Shown one piece after another: positions 50,517-62,846 of a DNA stretch of 64,000 bases. The DNA is from Sphyrna mokarran (lineage: Eukaryota), in contig JAGIQG010000019.1 of the NCBI GenBank assembly GCA_024679065.1, forward strand, positions 16,616,001 through 16,680,000, given 5' to 3'. The stretch's first letter is position 1; each line of letters starts with the position of its first letter. The position numbers and the translations under genes are program-made. The notes under the pieces were generated by a model. It did no database searches. It worked only from the letters and a program-made list of their open reading frames with translations, and was not told the DNA's origin.

Positions 50517-51635
50517 GTGATTGAGATTTTCCTTCAATATTGGAATTTCCCTATTAGACACTCCCTTGATTTCGATGATGACTTCCTTCCATTAGGGATC
50601 ATGGGATGGCAGATGAGTCCAATGGACAATCTGCACGTTCTGCCGCATGTCGGACAGACTTTGCTTCAAGAATAATTTAGATAATGTGGTTGGGGATTTG
50701 TCTGCTCGTTCCGATATCACAGATTTATCTGTGAGACAATGTTTCTCAGTGTGTTTCCATTTGGGTCAGTCAGAGGCCGAGCACTCCCATGAATTGATGG
50801 GGATGTTTGGTGTCATCAGGAATCCTTCAAGACAGCCCTGAAGTATTTCTTCTGTCCCACAGGTATCTCCTTCTACCACTGCATTCTGGGCAATGCTGTT
50901 GCTTTGGGAATGTGGTTTCAGGCAATCAAATGTCATCTGCTGCCCAGCCGAAGTGGTTATGTGTAATTGTTGACTCACTGCTGAATATGTTGTCTTGGGA
51001 CAGCATGCTGGCTGTTGGAAAGCCTTTCTTGCAATAGATTAGGAGGACCTTGCAAAGACACGTATGTTACAATTCTTTGAGGTGTAAGGTCTCCAATTTG
51101 ACAAAGCAGAAAAGAGTGTGGTGCTCTGTGCTGTGCGATAAAGCAAAATCTTATCCTCTTGTTGTAGAACAGGACCACAATCATCTTTTCAAATCCTCTT
51201 CCAAGTGCATCTTAATCAACATTGGCTCAGACAGTTGCAGTCCGTCAATTAAGACCTTTAGTTTGATCCAATTCCTTTGGGATGGAGTTATTTGTAAAGT
51301 TCAGTATTCTCAATCTGTTATCAGTGACGTTTTCACATTCACAAAAACGGTGTTGTTACAAGCTCTCCCTTGGTAGGTTTCTCTATTGGAAAATCAGATT
51401 GTTAATGTTTCAACAGTTTCATCTGTAAGTTTGATCCTTTCATCCCATTTTGTTTCCTTTTGTGGCTGCTGATTCTATTAAACTTTTCACTCCTGTTTCT
51501 AAGTGTACACTTCATTCTTCATGCTGGTGCTCACAGTCTGCAGACATTCGAATTCCAAACGAATTTTTTCCAGCTGTTGTCAATGTTGCTGTCTTGATAG
51601 AGTGCTGATTTTGAAAGGTGTTTCTTTGTCTGCAG

Positions 51636-51698
51636 TACCAACGACAACAACAACAACACAGGAAACACCAACCACACCTGGGAAACCTACTACAACAG
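51636..51698 (+). CDS. muc19: Microexon A6, 63 nt
   Basis: tgcAG / GTtagt. Confidence 0.85.
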
Positions 51699-51969
51699 GT
51701 TAGTGCTGTTTCCTTTCAACATTCACCAGCATGGCTTTTCACAATGGTGTGCTTATCTGCTTCAGTGTCTGTTCATTTGTTCAGTCTTGCCCACACCTCG
51801 TGTTCGAAAGAAATGGTTGAAAATTTACTCAAATTTGTAACATCAATTGGATTTGTGAACCTCATTTTGACACCACGATCTCTATGATGGTTTTCTGGTC
51901 GAAGTGGACAGGAATACAATGGTGTTGACATTGTGGTGAATTGGTTTCATTCTTTCTTTTCTCCTTCAG

Positions 51970-52029
51970 AAAGGGTCACTACAACAGTGAAACCATCTAC
52001 CATTGGGCCCCCTCCAGGCTCCACATCGG
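51970..52029 (+). pseudogene. Microexon B6 with donor mutated to AT
   Basis: catcgg|ATgagt. Confidence 0.7.
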
Positions 52030-52553
52030 ATGAGTAACAGCTTCTTTTTTTCAACAGCAGCGAGAGCTGGAAACAAGTGAAATAAAAGCAAATGGTTCTG
52101 CAAATATTCATCAATGCTAACAACACCTGCTGAGCATTTGGAGCACTTTCTGTTTGCATATCAGATTTGCAGCAAGCACAGCATTTTACATTTTATTCAG
52201 TGAAAAAGTGAGATATAGTCCAAGAAGCCAAACTCCTGGTCTCATTGAGGTCATTACAAGATCCATTCTTATAGCTGGTTGTGTGCCTTCTTGCTTGTGT
52301 TTCTTCCAATATTAACATGAATGCCTCCCCCAAAGTGTACCAATGCCTCCGCAAATCATTTCCAGCTTTCAGGATGCTGTGTTTCTTTTTGATCTGTCTA
52401 TAACTGCTAATCTTGTTATTGAGTTTCCCATCCTGTGATACACCTTGTAAAATGTTTGCCCATTCACAACAATAACAAAGTAAATCTCACAGTAAAACAG
52501 TGTTAGCTTTATGTTGTCCAGCAGTGAAGTTGATTGTGTTTCTTGTTCTTCAG

Positions 52554-52613
52554 AAGTCATCACTACAACAGTGAAACCAACGACAACCAGTTCCACTATC
52601 ATCCCCCCACCAG
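52554..52613 (+). CDS. muc19: Microexon C6, 60 nt
   Basis: ttcAG / GTgagt. Confidence 0.85.
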
Positions 52614-53285
52614 GTGAGTGAAATCTCCTTTTGTTACACAGTAGCAAAACCGGTGTCGCAAACTGTTCATCTGGGGCAATTTCCAGGCAGTAGAAAGACA
52701 CTGCTTCACACTTATTTCTAGTTAGTGCCTACCTTCCCAAGTGAACGTATTGATAAAGAACTGATTGAGATGAAGCTGGATGAGAACGTGTACATGAGAA
52801 GAAATGTTTTCTCTGTTTTCTTGTGTTTTCTGTTCTCTCCTAGAATTTACTCACTCAACAATATTTCCTGAACCTGTTCCTAAATATCTCCTGACATTGG
52901 AATAATTTCTGCAGTCTGCATTACACAATGATGCTGATATGCAGCATCTTTGTCAAAGTTCAGTAGTTTCCGTAACATATCTTATCAATAGATCTTCCCC
53001 TTAGCATGATGTGATTGTTAAAATTCTTCCATTTTCTTCTCTCGCTCAGTAATTTAGAATACTTTTGAAACAATAACAAATTTGTAAATGTGGACTTGCC
53101 TTTCTTCTGTTCAGTTTTGGTCTTTTATTCTCCAACTTAGTTGAGCTCATTAGTAGCTGTAGACAGTATGTTCCTCGTTCTTGTTGCCTTGCTCTAAATG
53201 AAATCAGCTAATGTTGGAAGTCTATTAATACAGCTGGATTTGCAGTCAGAGTGCAGTGGTTTTGAATAATTCTCTTTTCCTGTAG

Positions 53286-53330
53286 AAGTGACAACTACAA
53301 CAAAAGGAACACCAATTCCGACGACAACCG
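53286..53330 (+). CDS. muc19: Microexon D6, 45 nt
   Basis: tgtAG / GTaatt. Confidence 0.78.
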
Positions 53331-54442
53331 GTAATTGAGATTTTCCTTCAATATTGGAATCTCCCTATGAGACACTCCCGCGGTTTCGATGATGACTTCT
53401 TTCCACTAGGGATCATGGCATGGCAGATGAGTCCAATGGACAATCTGCACGTTCTGCCGCATGCCAGACAGACTTTGCTTCGAGAATAATTTAGATAACG
53501 TGCTTGGGGATTTGTGTGCTTGTTCCGATATCTCAAATTTATCTGTGAGATAGTGTTTCTTGGGTCAGTCAGAGGCCAAGCATTCCCATGAATTGACGGG
53601 GATGTTTGGTGTCATCAGGAATCGTTCAAGACAGCCCTGAAGTGCTTCTTCTGTTCACGGGTATCCCCTTCTATCAGCGCTCTCTGGGCAAAGCCGTTGC
53701 TTTGGGAGTCTGGTGTCAGGCAATCAAATGTCATCTTCTGCCCAGCTTAAGTGGTTACGTGTAATTGTTGACTCACTGCTCAATATGTTGTCTTGGGAGA
53801 GGATGCTGGCTGTTGGAAAGCCTTTCTTGCCATAGATTAAAAGGACCTTGCAAAGTCACTCGTGTTACAATTCTGTGTTTTGAGGTGGTGTTAAGTTGTC
53901 CAATTTGACAAAGCAGAAAAGAGTGTGGTGCTCTGTGCTGTGCGATAAAGGAAAATCTTATCCTCTTGTTGTAGAACAGGACCACAATCATCTTTTCAAA
54001 TCCTCTTCCAAGTGCATCTTAATCAACATTGGCTCAGACAATTGCAGTCCGTCAATTAAGACCTTTAGTTTGATCCAATTCCTTTGGGATGGAGTTATTT
54101 GTAAAGTTCAGTATTCTCAATCTGTTATCAGTGACGTTTTCACATTCACAAAAACGGTGTTGTTACAAGCTCTCCCTTGGTAGGTTTCTCTATTGGAAAA
54201 TCAGATTGTTAATGTTTCAACAGTTTCATCTGTAAGTTTGATCCTTTCATCCCATTTTGTTTCCTTTTGTGGCTGCTGATTCTATTAAACTTTTCACTCC
54301 TGTTTCTAAGTGTACACTTCATTCTTCATGCTGGTGCTCACAGTCTGCAGACATTCGAATTCCAAACGAATTTTTTCCAGCTGTTGTCAATGTTGCTGTC
54401 TTGATAGAGTGCTGATTTTGAAAGGTGTTTCTTTGTCTGCAG

Positions 54443-54505
54443 TACCAACGACAACAACAACAACACAGGAAACACCAACCACACCTGGGAAACCTACTAC
54501 AACAG
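54443..54505 (+). CDS. muc19: Microexon A7, 63 nt
   Basis: tgcAG / GTtagt. Confidence 0.85.
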
Positions 54506-54776
54506 GTTAGTGCTGTTTCCTTTCAACATTCACCAGCATGGCTTTTCACAATGGTGTGCTTATCTGCTTCAGTGTCTGTTCATTTGTTCAGTCTTGCCCA
54601 CACCTCGTGTTCGAAAGAAATGGTTGAAAATTTACTCAAATTTGTAACATCAATTGGATTTGTGAACCTCATTTTGACACCACGATCTCTATGATGGTTT
54701 TCTGGTCGAAGTGGACAGGAATACAATGGTGTTGACATTGTGGTGAATTGGTTTCATTCTTTCTTTTCTCCTTCAG

Positions 54777-54836
54777 AAAGGGTCACTACAACAGTGAAAC
54801 CATCTACCATTGGGCCCCCTCCAGGCTCCACATCGG
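54777..54836 (+). pseudogene. Microexon B7 with donor mutated to AT
   Basis: catcgg|ATgagt. Confidence 0.7.
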
Positions 54837-55360
54837 ATGAGTAACAGCTTCTTTTTTTCAACAGCAGCGAGAGCTGGAAACAAGTGAAATAAAAGCAAAT
54901 GGTTCTGCAAATATTCATCAATGCTAACAACACCTGCTGAGCATTTGGAGCACTTTCTGTTTGCATATCAGATTTGCAGCAAGCACAGCATTTTACATTT
55001 TATTCAGTGAAAAAGTGAGATATAGTCCAAGAAGCCAAACTCCTGGTCTCATTGAGGTCATTACAAGATCCATTCTTATAGCTGGTTGTGTGCCTTCTTG
55101 CTTGTGTTTCTTCCAATATTAACATGAATGCCTCCCCCAAAGTGTACCAATGCCTCCGCAAATCATTTCCAGCTTTCAGGATGCTGTGTTTCTTTTTGAT
55201 CTGTCTATAACTGCTAATCTTGTTATTGAGTTTCCCATCCTGTGATACACCTTGTAAAATGTTTGCCCATTCACAACAATAACAAAGTAAATCTCACAGT
55301 AAAACAGTGTTAGCTTTATGTTGTCCAGCAGTGAAGTTGATTGTGTTTCTTGTTCTTCAG

Positions 55361-55420
55361 AAGTCATCACTACAACAGTGAAACCAACGACAACCAGTTC
55401 CACTATCATCCCCCCACCAG
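55361..55420 (+). CDS. muc19: Microexon C7, 60 nt
   Basis: ttcAG / GTgagt. Confidence 0.85.
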
Positions 55421-56092
55421 GTGAGTGAAATCTCCTTTTGTTACACAGTAGCAAAACCGGTGTCGCAAACTGTTCATCTGGGGCAATTTCCAGGCAGTAG
55501 AAAGACACTGCTTCACACTTATTTCTAGTTAGTGCCTACCTTCCCAAGTGAACGTATTGATAAAGAACTGATTGAGATGAAGCTGGATGAGAACGTGTAC
55601 ATGAGAAGAAATGTTTTCTCTGTTTTCTTGTGTTTTCTGTTCTCTCCTAGAATTTACTCACTCAACAATATTTCCTGAACCTGTTCCTAAATATCTCCTG
55701 ACATTGGAATAATTTCTGCAGTCTGCATTACACAATGATGCTGATATGCAGCATCTTTGTCAAAGTTCAGTAGTTTCCGTAACATATCTTATCAATAGAT
55801 CTTCCCCTTAGCATGATGTGATTGTTAAAATTCTTCCATTTTCTTCTCTCGCTCAGTAATTTAGAATACTTTTGAAACAATAACAAATTTGTAAATGTGG
55901 ACTTGCCTTTCTTCTGTTCAGTTTTGGTCTTTTATTCTCCAACTTAGTTGAGCTCATTAGTAGCTGTAGACAGTATGTTCCTCGTTCTTGTTGCCTTGCT
56001 CTAAATGAAATCAGCTAATGTTGGAAGTCTATTAATACAGCTGGATTTGCAGTCAGAGTGCAGTGGTTTTGAATAATTCTCTTTTCCTGTAG

Positions 56093-56137
56093 AAGTGACA
56101 ACTACAACAAAAGGAACACCAATTCCGACGACAACCG
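56093..56137 (+). CDS. muc19: Microexon D7, 45 nt
   Basis: tgtAG / GTaatt. Confidence 0.78.
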
Positions 56138-57267
56138 GTAATTGAGATTTTCCTTCAATATTGGAATCTCCCTATGAGACACTCCCGCGGTTTCGATGAT
56201 GACTTCTTTCCACTAGGGATCATGGCATGGCAGATGAGTCCAATGGACAATCTGCACGTTCTGCCGCATGCCAGACAGACTTTGCTTCGAGAATAATTTA
56301 GATAACGTGCTTGGGGATTTGTGTGCTTGTTCCGATATCTCAAATTTATCTGTGAGATAGTGTTTCTTGGGTCAGTCAGAGGCCAAGCATTCCCATGAAT
56401 TGACGGGGATGTTTGGTGTCATCAGGAATCGTTCAAGACAGCCCTGAAGTGCTTCTTCTGTTCACGGGTATCCCCTTCTATCAGCGCTCTCTGGGCAAAG
56501 CCGTTGCTTTGGGAGTCTGGTGTCAGGCAATCAAATGTCATCTTCTGCCCAGCTTAAGTGGTTACGTGTAATTGTTGACTCACTGCTCAATATGTTGTCT
56601 TGGGAGAGGATGCTGGCTGTTGGAAAGCCTTTCTTGCCATAGATTAAAAGGACCTTGCAAAGTCACTCGTGTTACAATTCTCCAGTGTTTTGAGGTGGCT
56701 GCTATAAGTTGTCCAATTTGACAAAGCAGAAAAGAGTGTGGTGCTCTGTGCTGTGCGATAAAGGAAAACCTTAGCCTCTTGTTGTAGTACAGGGCCACAA
56801 TCATCTTTTCAAATCCTCTTCCAAGTGCATCTTAATCAACATTGGCTCAGACAACTCCAGTCTATCAATTCAGTCCTTTGTTTCATCCAATTCCTTTGGG
56901 ATGGAGTTATTTGTGAAGTTCAGTATTCTCAATCAGTAATCATTGATGTTTTTGAAAGTCACAAAAACAGTGTTGTGACAAGCTCTCCCTTGGGAGGTTT
57001 CTCTATCGGAATATCAGATTGTTAATGTTTCAACAGTTTCATCTGTAAGTTTGATCCTTTCCTCCCATTCTGTGTCCCTTTGTGGCTGCTTATTCCAATA
57101 AAATTTTCGGCAAAATTTTCACTCCTGTTCGTAAATGTACAGTTTGTTCTTCATGCTGGTGCTCAGAATCTGCAGACATTTCAATTCCAAAAGAGTTCTT
57201 TCCAGATATTGTCAATGTTGCTGTCTTGATAGAGTACTGATTTTGAAAGGTCTTTCTTTGTCTGCAG

Positions 57268-57330
57268 TACCAACGACAACAACAACAACACAGGAAACAA
57301 CAACCACACCTGGGAAACCGACTACAACAG
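57268..57330 (+). CDS. muc19: Microexon A8, 63 nt
   Basis: tgcAG / GTtagt. Confidence 0.85.
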
Positions 57331-57603
57331 GTTAGTGCTGTTTCCTTTCAATATTCACCAGCGTGGCTTTTCACAGTGGTGTGCTTATCTGCTTCAGTGT
57401 CTGTTCATTTGTTCAGTCTTGCCCACACCTCCTGTTCGAAGGAAATGGTTGACAATTTACTCAAATTTGAATCATCAATTGGATTTGTGAACCTCATTTT
57501 GACACAAAGATCTATATGATAGTCTATACGATCATTTTCTGGTCAAAATGGACAGGAATACAATGGTGTTGACATTGGTTTCGTTCTTTCTTTTCTCCTT
57601 CAG

Positions 57604-57663
57604 AAAGGGTCACTACAACAGTGAAACTATCTACCATTGGGCCCCCTCCAGGCTCCACATCAG
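57604..57663 (+). CDS. muc19: Microexon B8, 60 nt
   Basis: ttcAG / GTgagt. Confidence 0.83.
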
Positions 57664-59256
57664 GTGAGTAACGGCTTCTTTTCTTCAACCGCAGCAAGAG
57701 CTGGAAACAAGTGAAATAAACACAGATAGTGGTGGAAATATTCAGCAACGCTGACAACACCTGCTGAGTATTTGCAGCACTTTCTGTTTGCATATCAGAT
57801 TTCCAGCAAGCACAGTATTTTACATTTTGTTCAGTGAAAAAGGGACCTCGTTTCAGCGTGAATGATAAATTCATCATTTCCCCATGGGGACGAGCTGTGA
57901 CTATATTATCGAAAGGGAAATGGCATTTTTACTGCCTGAATAAAGGTAGATCTGAGGTGGGAGCTGAGGGGAAATGCTGTGTGCATAAATGTTCACACCA
58001 GTGCACTCTTCTCAAATTCCCCTTTTAGACAATGCCCGTCCATTCAGTCAGTCTTATCAACATTTTCTTATGGATTGTTTCAAATCGTCTGAATCCAGAT
58101 TTACTCTGGCAAACAACACAATTGCAACAAAGCCAACTGTCACAAAGCTGGCTGATGTTAACTGTGAGAATGTCTCAATTGGGAAACACCAGTTCATGGA
58201 GTGTGCACTTTTGTCTGCTGGAACAGTGAAAGGGACCATATGTAATTCCCACAGAGAACAATAACCAGCTGAATCATTGTATAATACTTATTAATGTCTA
58301 TTTATTACAATGAGGAAAACACATATATACACACAAACAGTATTATAAGACATTTATGAATAAGACTAGTAAATCCACCCACACAGTTTAATAAGGAATT
58401 ACCGTTCTGATCCAAACCAGGTTTACAAGATCTGAACTGTTTCCGGAATTCCCTCTGTCGCAATAGCATCCAATTCAACAGATATATAAATAAAGGCCAG
58501 CTTACAGTTAACACTGTATCATTATTCTGGGGAACTTCTCTTGTAGGTTCAGCGAAGCAATGGGTTTTATCTGCCTCCACAAAGGTTTCTGCACTCTTGC
58601 TTCTGCTCTGCTAACCAGCAGCACCTTACATGCTGCTGGCTGGATTTTGTGCCTCAGGCTACTAAATGAATGCTGCCTTGTGCTTCCGCAAAAAAGTTGC
58701 CAAGTATATAATTGTTTAGCTTTGAAGATTGAAATATCTCCTCAGAGGATGGTGTCTCTTCACCAGGTTCCCATTATTTACAATCTTATCTCCACTTATA
58801 AGAGTTGTGTCAGGATCAAAGTCAAAATTCAGAATGTCAGCAACCCTGACACTTCCATTTTCATATACAATTCAGACTCCCTGATTGGTGGGCAATTATT
58901 AGCTCAATCAGGGAGCTTATAGTGCAATAAGACAAATTTCTGGCCTCATTGAGGTCATTACAAGATCCATTCTTATAGCTGGCTCTATGCCTTCTTGCTT
59001 GTGTTACTTCCAATATTAACATGAATGTCTTCCCCAAAGTGTACCAATGCCTCCCCAAATATTTCCAATTTGCAGGATGCTGTATTTCTTTTTGGTCTGT
59101 CTACAACTGCTAATCTTGTTATTGAGTTTCCCATCCTGTGATACACCTTGTTAAGTGTTTGCGCATTTATGACAATAATAAAGTAAATCTCTCAGTAAAA
59201 CAGTATTAGCTTTATGTTGTCCAGCAGTGAAGTTGATTGTGTTTCTTGTTCTTCAG

Positions 59257-59316
59257 AAGTCATCACGACAACAGTGAAACCAACGACAACCAGTTCCACT
59301 ACCATCCCCCCACCAG
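59257..59316 (+). CDS. muc19: Microexon C8, 60 nt
   Basis: ttcAG / GTgagt. Confidence 0.85.
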
Positions 59317-59983
59317 GTGAGTGAAATCTCTTTTTAGGCAATAGCAAAACCGGTGTTGCAAACTGTTCATTTTCAGCAATTTCCAGGCCGTGGAAAGACA
59401 CTTTTTCACACTTATTTCTAGTTAGTGCCTAACTTCCCAACTGAATGTATTGATAGCACACTGATTCAAATGAAGCTGGATGAGAACGTGTACATAAGAA
59501 GAAATGTTTTCTGTGTTTCTGTGTGTACTGTTCTCTCCTAGAATCTACTCACTCAACAATATTTCCTGAACCTGTTCCTAAATATCGCCTGACATTGGAA
59601 TAATTTCTGAAGTCTGCATTACACGATGCTGCTGATACGCAGCATCTTTGTCAAAGTTCAGCAGTTTCCATAACATATCTTATCAATGGATCTTCCCCTT
59701 AGCATGATGTGATTGTTAAAATTCTTCCATTTTCTTCTCTCGCTCAGTAATTTAGAATATTTTTGAAACAATTACAAAGTTGTAAATGTGGATGCGCCCT
59801 TGTTGTGTTCGGCTTTGCTCATTTATTCTCCAAGTTAGTTGAGCTCGTTACTAGCTGCAGACAGTCTGTTGCTCATTCTTATTGCCTTACTGTGAATTAA
59901 ATCAGCTAATGTTGGAAGTCTATTAATACAGCTGGATTTCCAGTCAGAGTGCAGTGGTTTTGAATAATTGTCTTTTCCTGTAG

Positions 59984-60027
59984 AAGTGATAACTGGAACA
60001 AAAGGAACAACACTTCCAACAACAATA
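59984..60027 (+). pseudogene. Microexon D8, 44-nt frame-shifting variant
   Basis: Ends acaata|GTgatt; extra substitutions (EVITGTKGTTLPTTI). Confidence 0.7.
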
Positions 60028-61155
60028 GTGATTGAGATTTTCCTTCAATATTGGAATCTCCCTCTGAGACACTCCCTTGGTTTCAAAGATGACTTCCTTC
60101 CATTAGGGATCATGGGATGGCAGAAGAGTCCAATGGACAATCTGCACATTCTGCCGCATGCCGGACAGACTTTGCTTCGAGAATAATTTAGATAATGTGC
60201 TTGGGGATTTGTCTGCCCGTTCCGATATCTCAAATTTATCTGTGAGACAGTGTTTCTCGGTGTGTTTCCATTTTGGTTATTCAGAGGCCGAGCACTCCCA
60301 TGAATTGATGGGGATGTTTGGTATCATCAGGAATCCTTCAAGACAGCCCTGAAATGTTTCTTCTGTCCCACGGGTATTTCCTTCTCCCACTGCATTCTGG
60401 GCAATGCTGTTGCTTTGAGAATCTGGTTTCAGGAAATCAAATGTCATCTGCCCAGCCGAAGTGGTTACGTATAATTGTTGACTCACTGCTGAATATGTTG
60501 TCTTGGGAGAGGATGCTGGCTGTTGGAAAGCATTTCTTGCAATAGATTAGGAGGACCTTGCAAAGACATGTGTGTTACAATTCTTTGAGGTGTATGAAGT
60601 CCAATTTGACAAAGCAGAAAAGAGTGTGGTGCTGTGTGCTGTGCGATAAAGCAAAATCTTAGCGTCTTGTTATAGAACAGGTCCGCAATCATCTTTTCAA
60701 ATCCTCTTCCAAGCGCATCTTAATCAACATTGGCTCAGACAATTCCAGTCCGTCAATTAAGCCCTTTAGTTGGATCCAATTCCTTTGGGATGGAGTTATT
60801 TGTAAAGTTTAGTAGTCTCAATCTGCAATCAGTGACATTTTCTCATTCACAAAAACGGTGTTGTGACAAGCTCTCCCTTGGGAGGTTTCTCTATTGGAAA
60901 ATCAGATTGTTAATGTTTCAACAGTTTCATCTGTAAGTTTGATCCTTTCATCCCATTTTGTGTCCTTTTGTGGCTGCTGATTCTATTAAAATTTTCGGAA
61001 AAATTTTCACTCCTGTTTGTAAATGTACACTTCGTTCTTCATGCTGGTGGTCTCAGTCTGCAGACATTTGAATTGCAAAAGAACTTTTTCCAGCTGTTGT
61101 CAATGTTGCTGTCGTGATAGAGTGCTGATTTTGAAAGGTGTTTCTTTGTCTGCAG

Positions 61156-61218
61156 TACCAACGACAACAACAACAACACAGGGAACAACAACCACACCTG
61201 GGAAACCTACTACAACAG
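61156..61218 (+). CDS. muc19: Microexon A9, 63 nt
   Basis: tgcAG / GTtagt. Confidence 0.85.
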
Positions 61219-61489
61219 GTTAGTGCTGTTTATTTTCAATATTCACCAGCATGGCTTTTCACAGTGGCGTGCTTATCTGCTTCAGTGTCTGTTCATTTGG
61301 TCAGTCTTGCCCTCACCTCGTGTTCGAAAGAAATGGTTGAAAATTTACTCAAATTTGAAACATCAATTGGATTTGTGAACCTCATTTTGACACCACGATC
61401 TCTATGATGGTTTTCTGGTCAAAGTGGACAGGAATACAATGGTGTTGACATTGTGGTGAATTGGTTTCATTCTTTCTTTTCTCCTTCAG

Positions 61490-61549
61490 AAAGGGTCACT
61501 ACAACGGTGAAACCATCTACCATTGGGCCCCCTCCAGGCTCCACATCAG
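61490..61549 (+). CDS. muc19: Microexon B9, 60 nt
   Basis: ttcAG / GTgagt. Confidence 0.85.
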
Positions 61550-62073
61550 GTGAGTAACGGCTTCTTTTCTTCAACAGCAGCGAGAGCTGGAAACAAGTGA
61601 AATAAAAACAAATGGTTCTGCAAATATTCCTCAATGCTAACAACACCTGCTGAGCATTTGGAGCACTTTCTGTTTGCATATCAGATTTGCAGCAAGCACA
61701 GCATTTTACATTTTATTCAGTGAAAAAGTGAGATATAGTCCAAGAAGCCAAACTCCCGGTGTCATTGAGGTCATTACAAGATCCATTCTTATAGCTGGTT
61801 ATGTGCCTTCTTGCTTGTGTTTCTTCCAATATTAACATGAATGCCTCCCCCAAAGTGTACCAATGCCTCCCCAATTCATTTCCAGCTTTCAGGATGCTGT
61901 GTTTCTTTTTGATCTGTCTATAACTGCTAATCTTGTTATTGAGTTTCCCATCCTGTGATACACCTTGTAAAATGTTTGCCCATTCACAACAATAACAAAG
62001 TAAATCTCACAGTAAAACAGTGTTAGCTTTATGTTGTCCAGCAGTGAAGTTGATTGTGTTTCTTGTTCTTCAG

Positions 62074-62133
62074 AAGTCATCACGACAACAGTGAAACCAA
62101 CGACAACCAGTTCCACTATCATCCCCCCACCAG
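62074..62133 (+). CDS. muc19: Microexon C9, 60 nt
   Basis: ttcAG / GTgagt. Confidence 0.85.
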
Positions 62134-62802
62134 GTGAGTGAAATCTCTTTTTAGGCAATAGCAAAACCGGTGTTGCAAACTGTTCATTTTCAGCAATTTC
62201 CAGGCCGTGGAAAGACACTTTTTCACACTTATTTCTAGTTAGTGCCTAACTTCCCAACTGAATGTATTGATAGCACACTGATTCAAATGAAGCTGGATGA
62301 GAACGTGTACATAAGAAGAAATGTTTTCTCTGTGTTTCTGTGTGTACTGTTGTCTCCTAGAATCTACTCACTCAACAATATTTCCTGAACCCGTTCCTAA
62401 ATATCGCCTGACATTGGAATAATTTCTGAAGTCTGCATTACACGATGCTGCTGATATGCAGCATCTTTGTCAAAGTTCAGCAGTTTCCATATCATATCTT
62501 ATCAATGGATCTTTCCCTTAGCATGATGTGATTGTTAAAATTCTTCCATTTTCTTCTCTCGCTCAGTAATTTAGAATATTTTTGAAACAATTACAAAGTT
62601 GTAAATGTGGACGCGCCTTTGTTGTGTTTAGCTTTGCTCCTTCATTCTCCAACTTAGTTGAGCTCGTTAGTAGCTGTAGACAGTATGTTCCTCATTCTTA
62701 TTGCCTTACTGTGAATTAAATCAGCTAATGTTGGAAGTCTATTAATACAGCTGTATTTCCAGTCAGAGTGCTGTGGTTTTGAATAATTGTCTTTTCCTGT
62801 AG

Positions 62803-62846
62803 AACTGACAACTAGAACAAAAGGAACAACAATTCCAACAACAATA
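62803..62846 (+). pseudogene. Microexon D9, 44-nt frame-shifting variant
   Basis: Ends acaata|GTgatt; ELTTRTKGTTIPTTI. Confidence 0.7.

Noticed and set aside
36831-58922. Recurring + strand ORFs such as MGFICLHKGF... and MKKGP...
   Set aside because: They recur only because the intron is tandemly duplicated; copies are frameshifted or deleted, and they have no splice signals or domain motifs.
31374-62218. Repeated minus-strand Val-rich ORFs (VVELVVVGFTVVV...)
   Set aside because: Antisense shadows of the ACN-rich microexons; they extend into intron sequence with variable stops.
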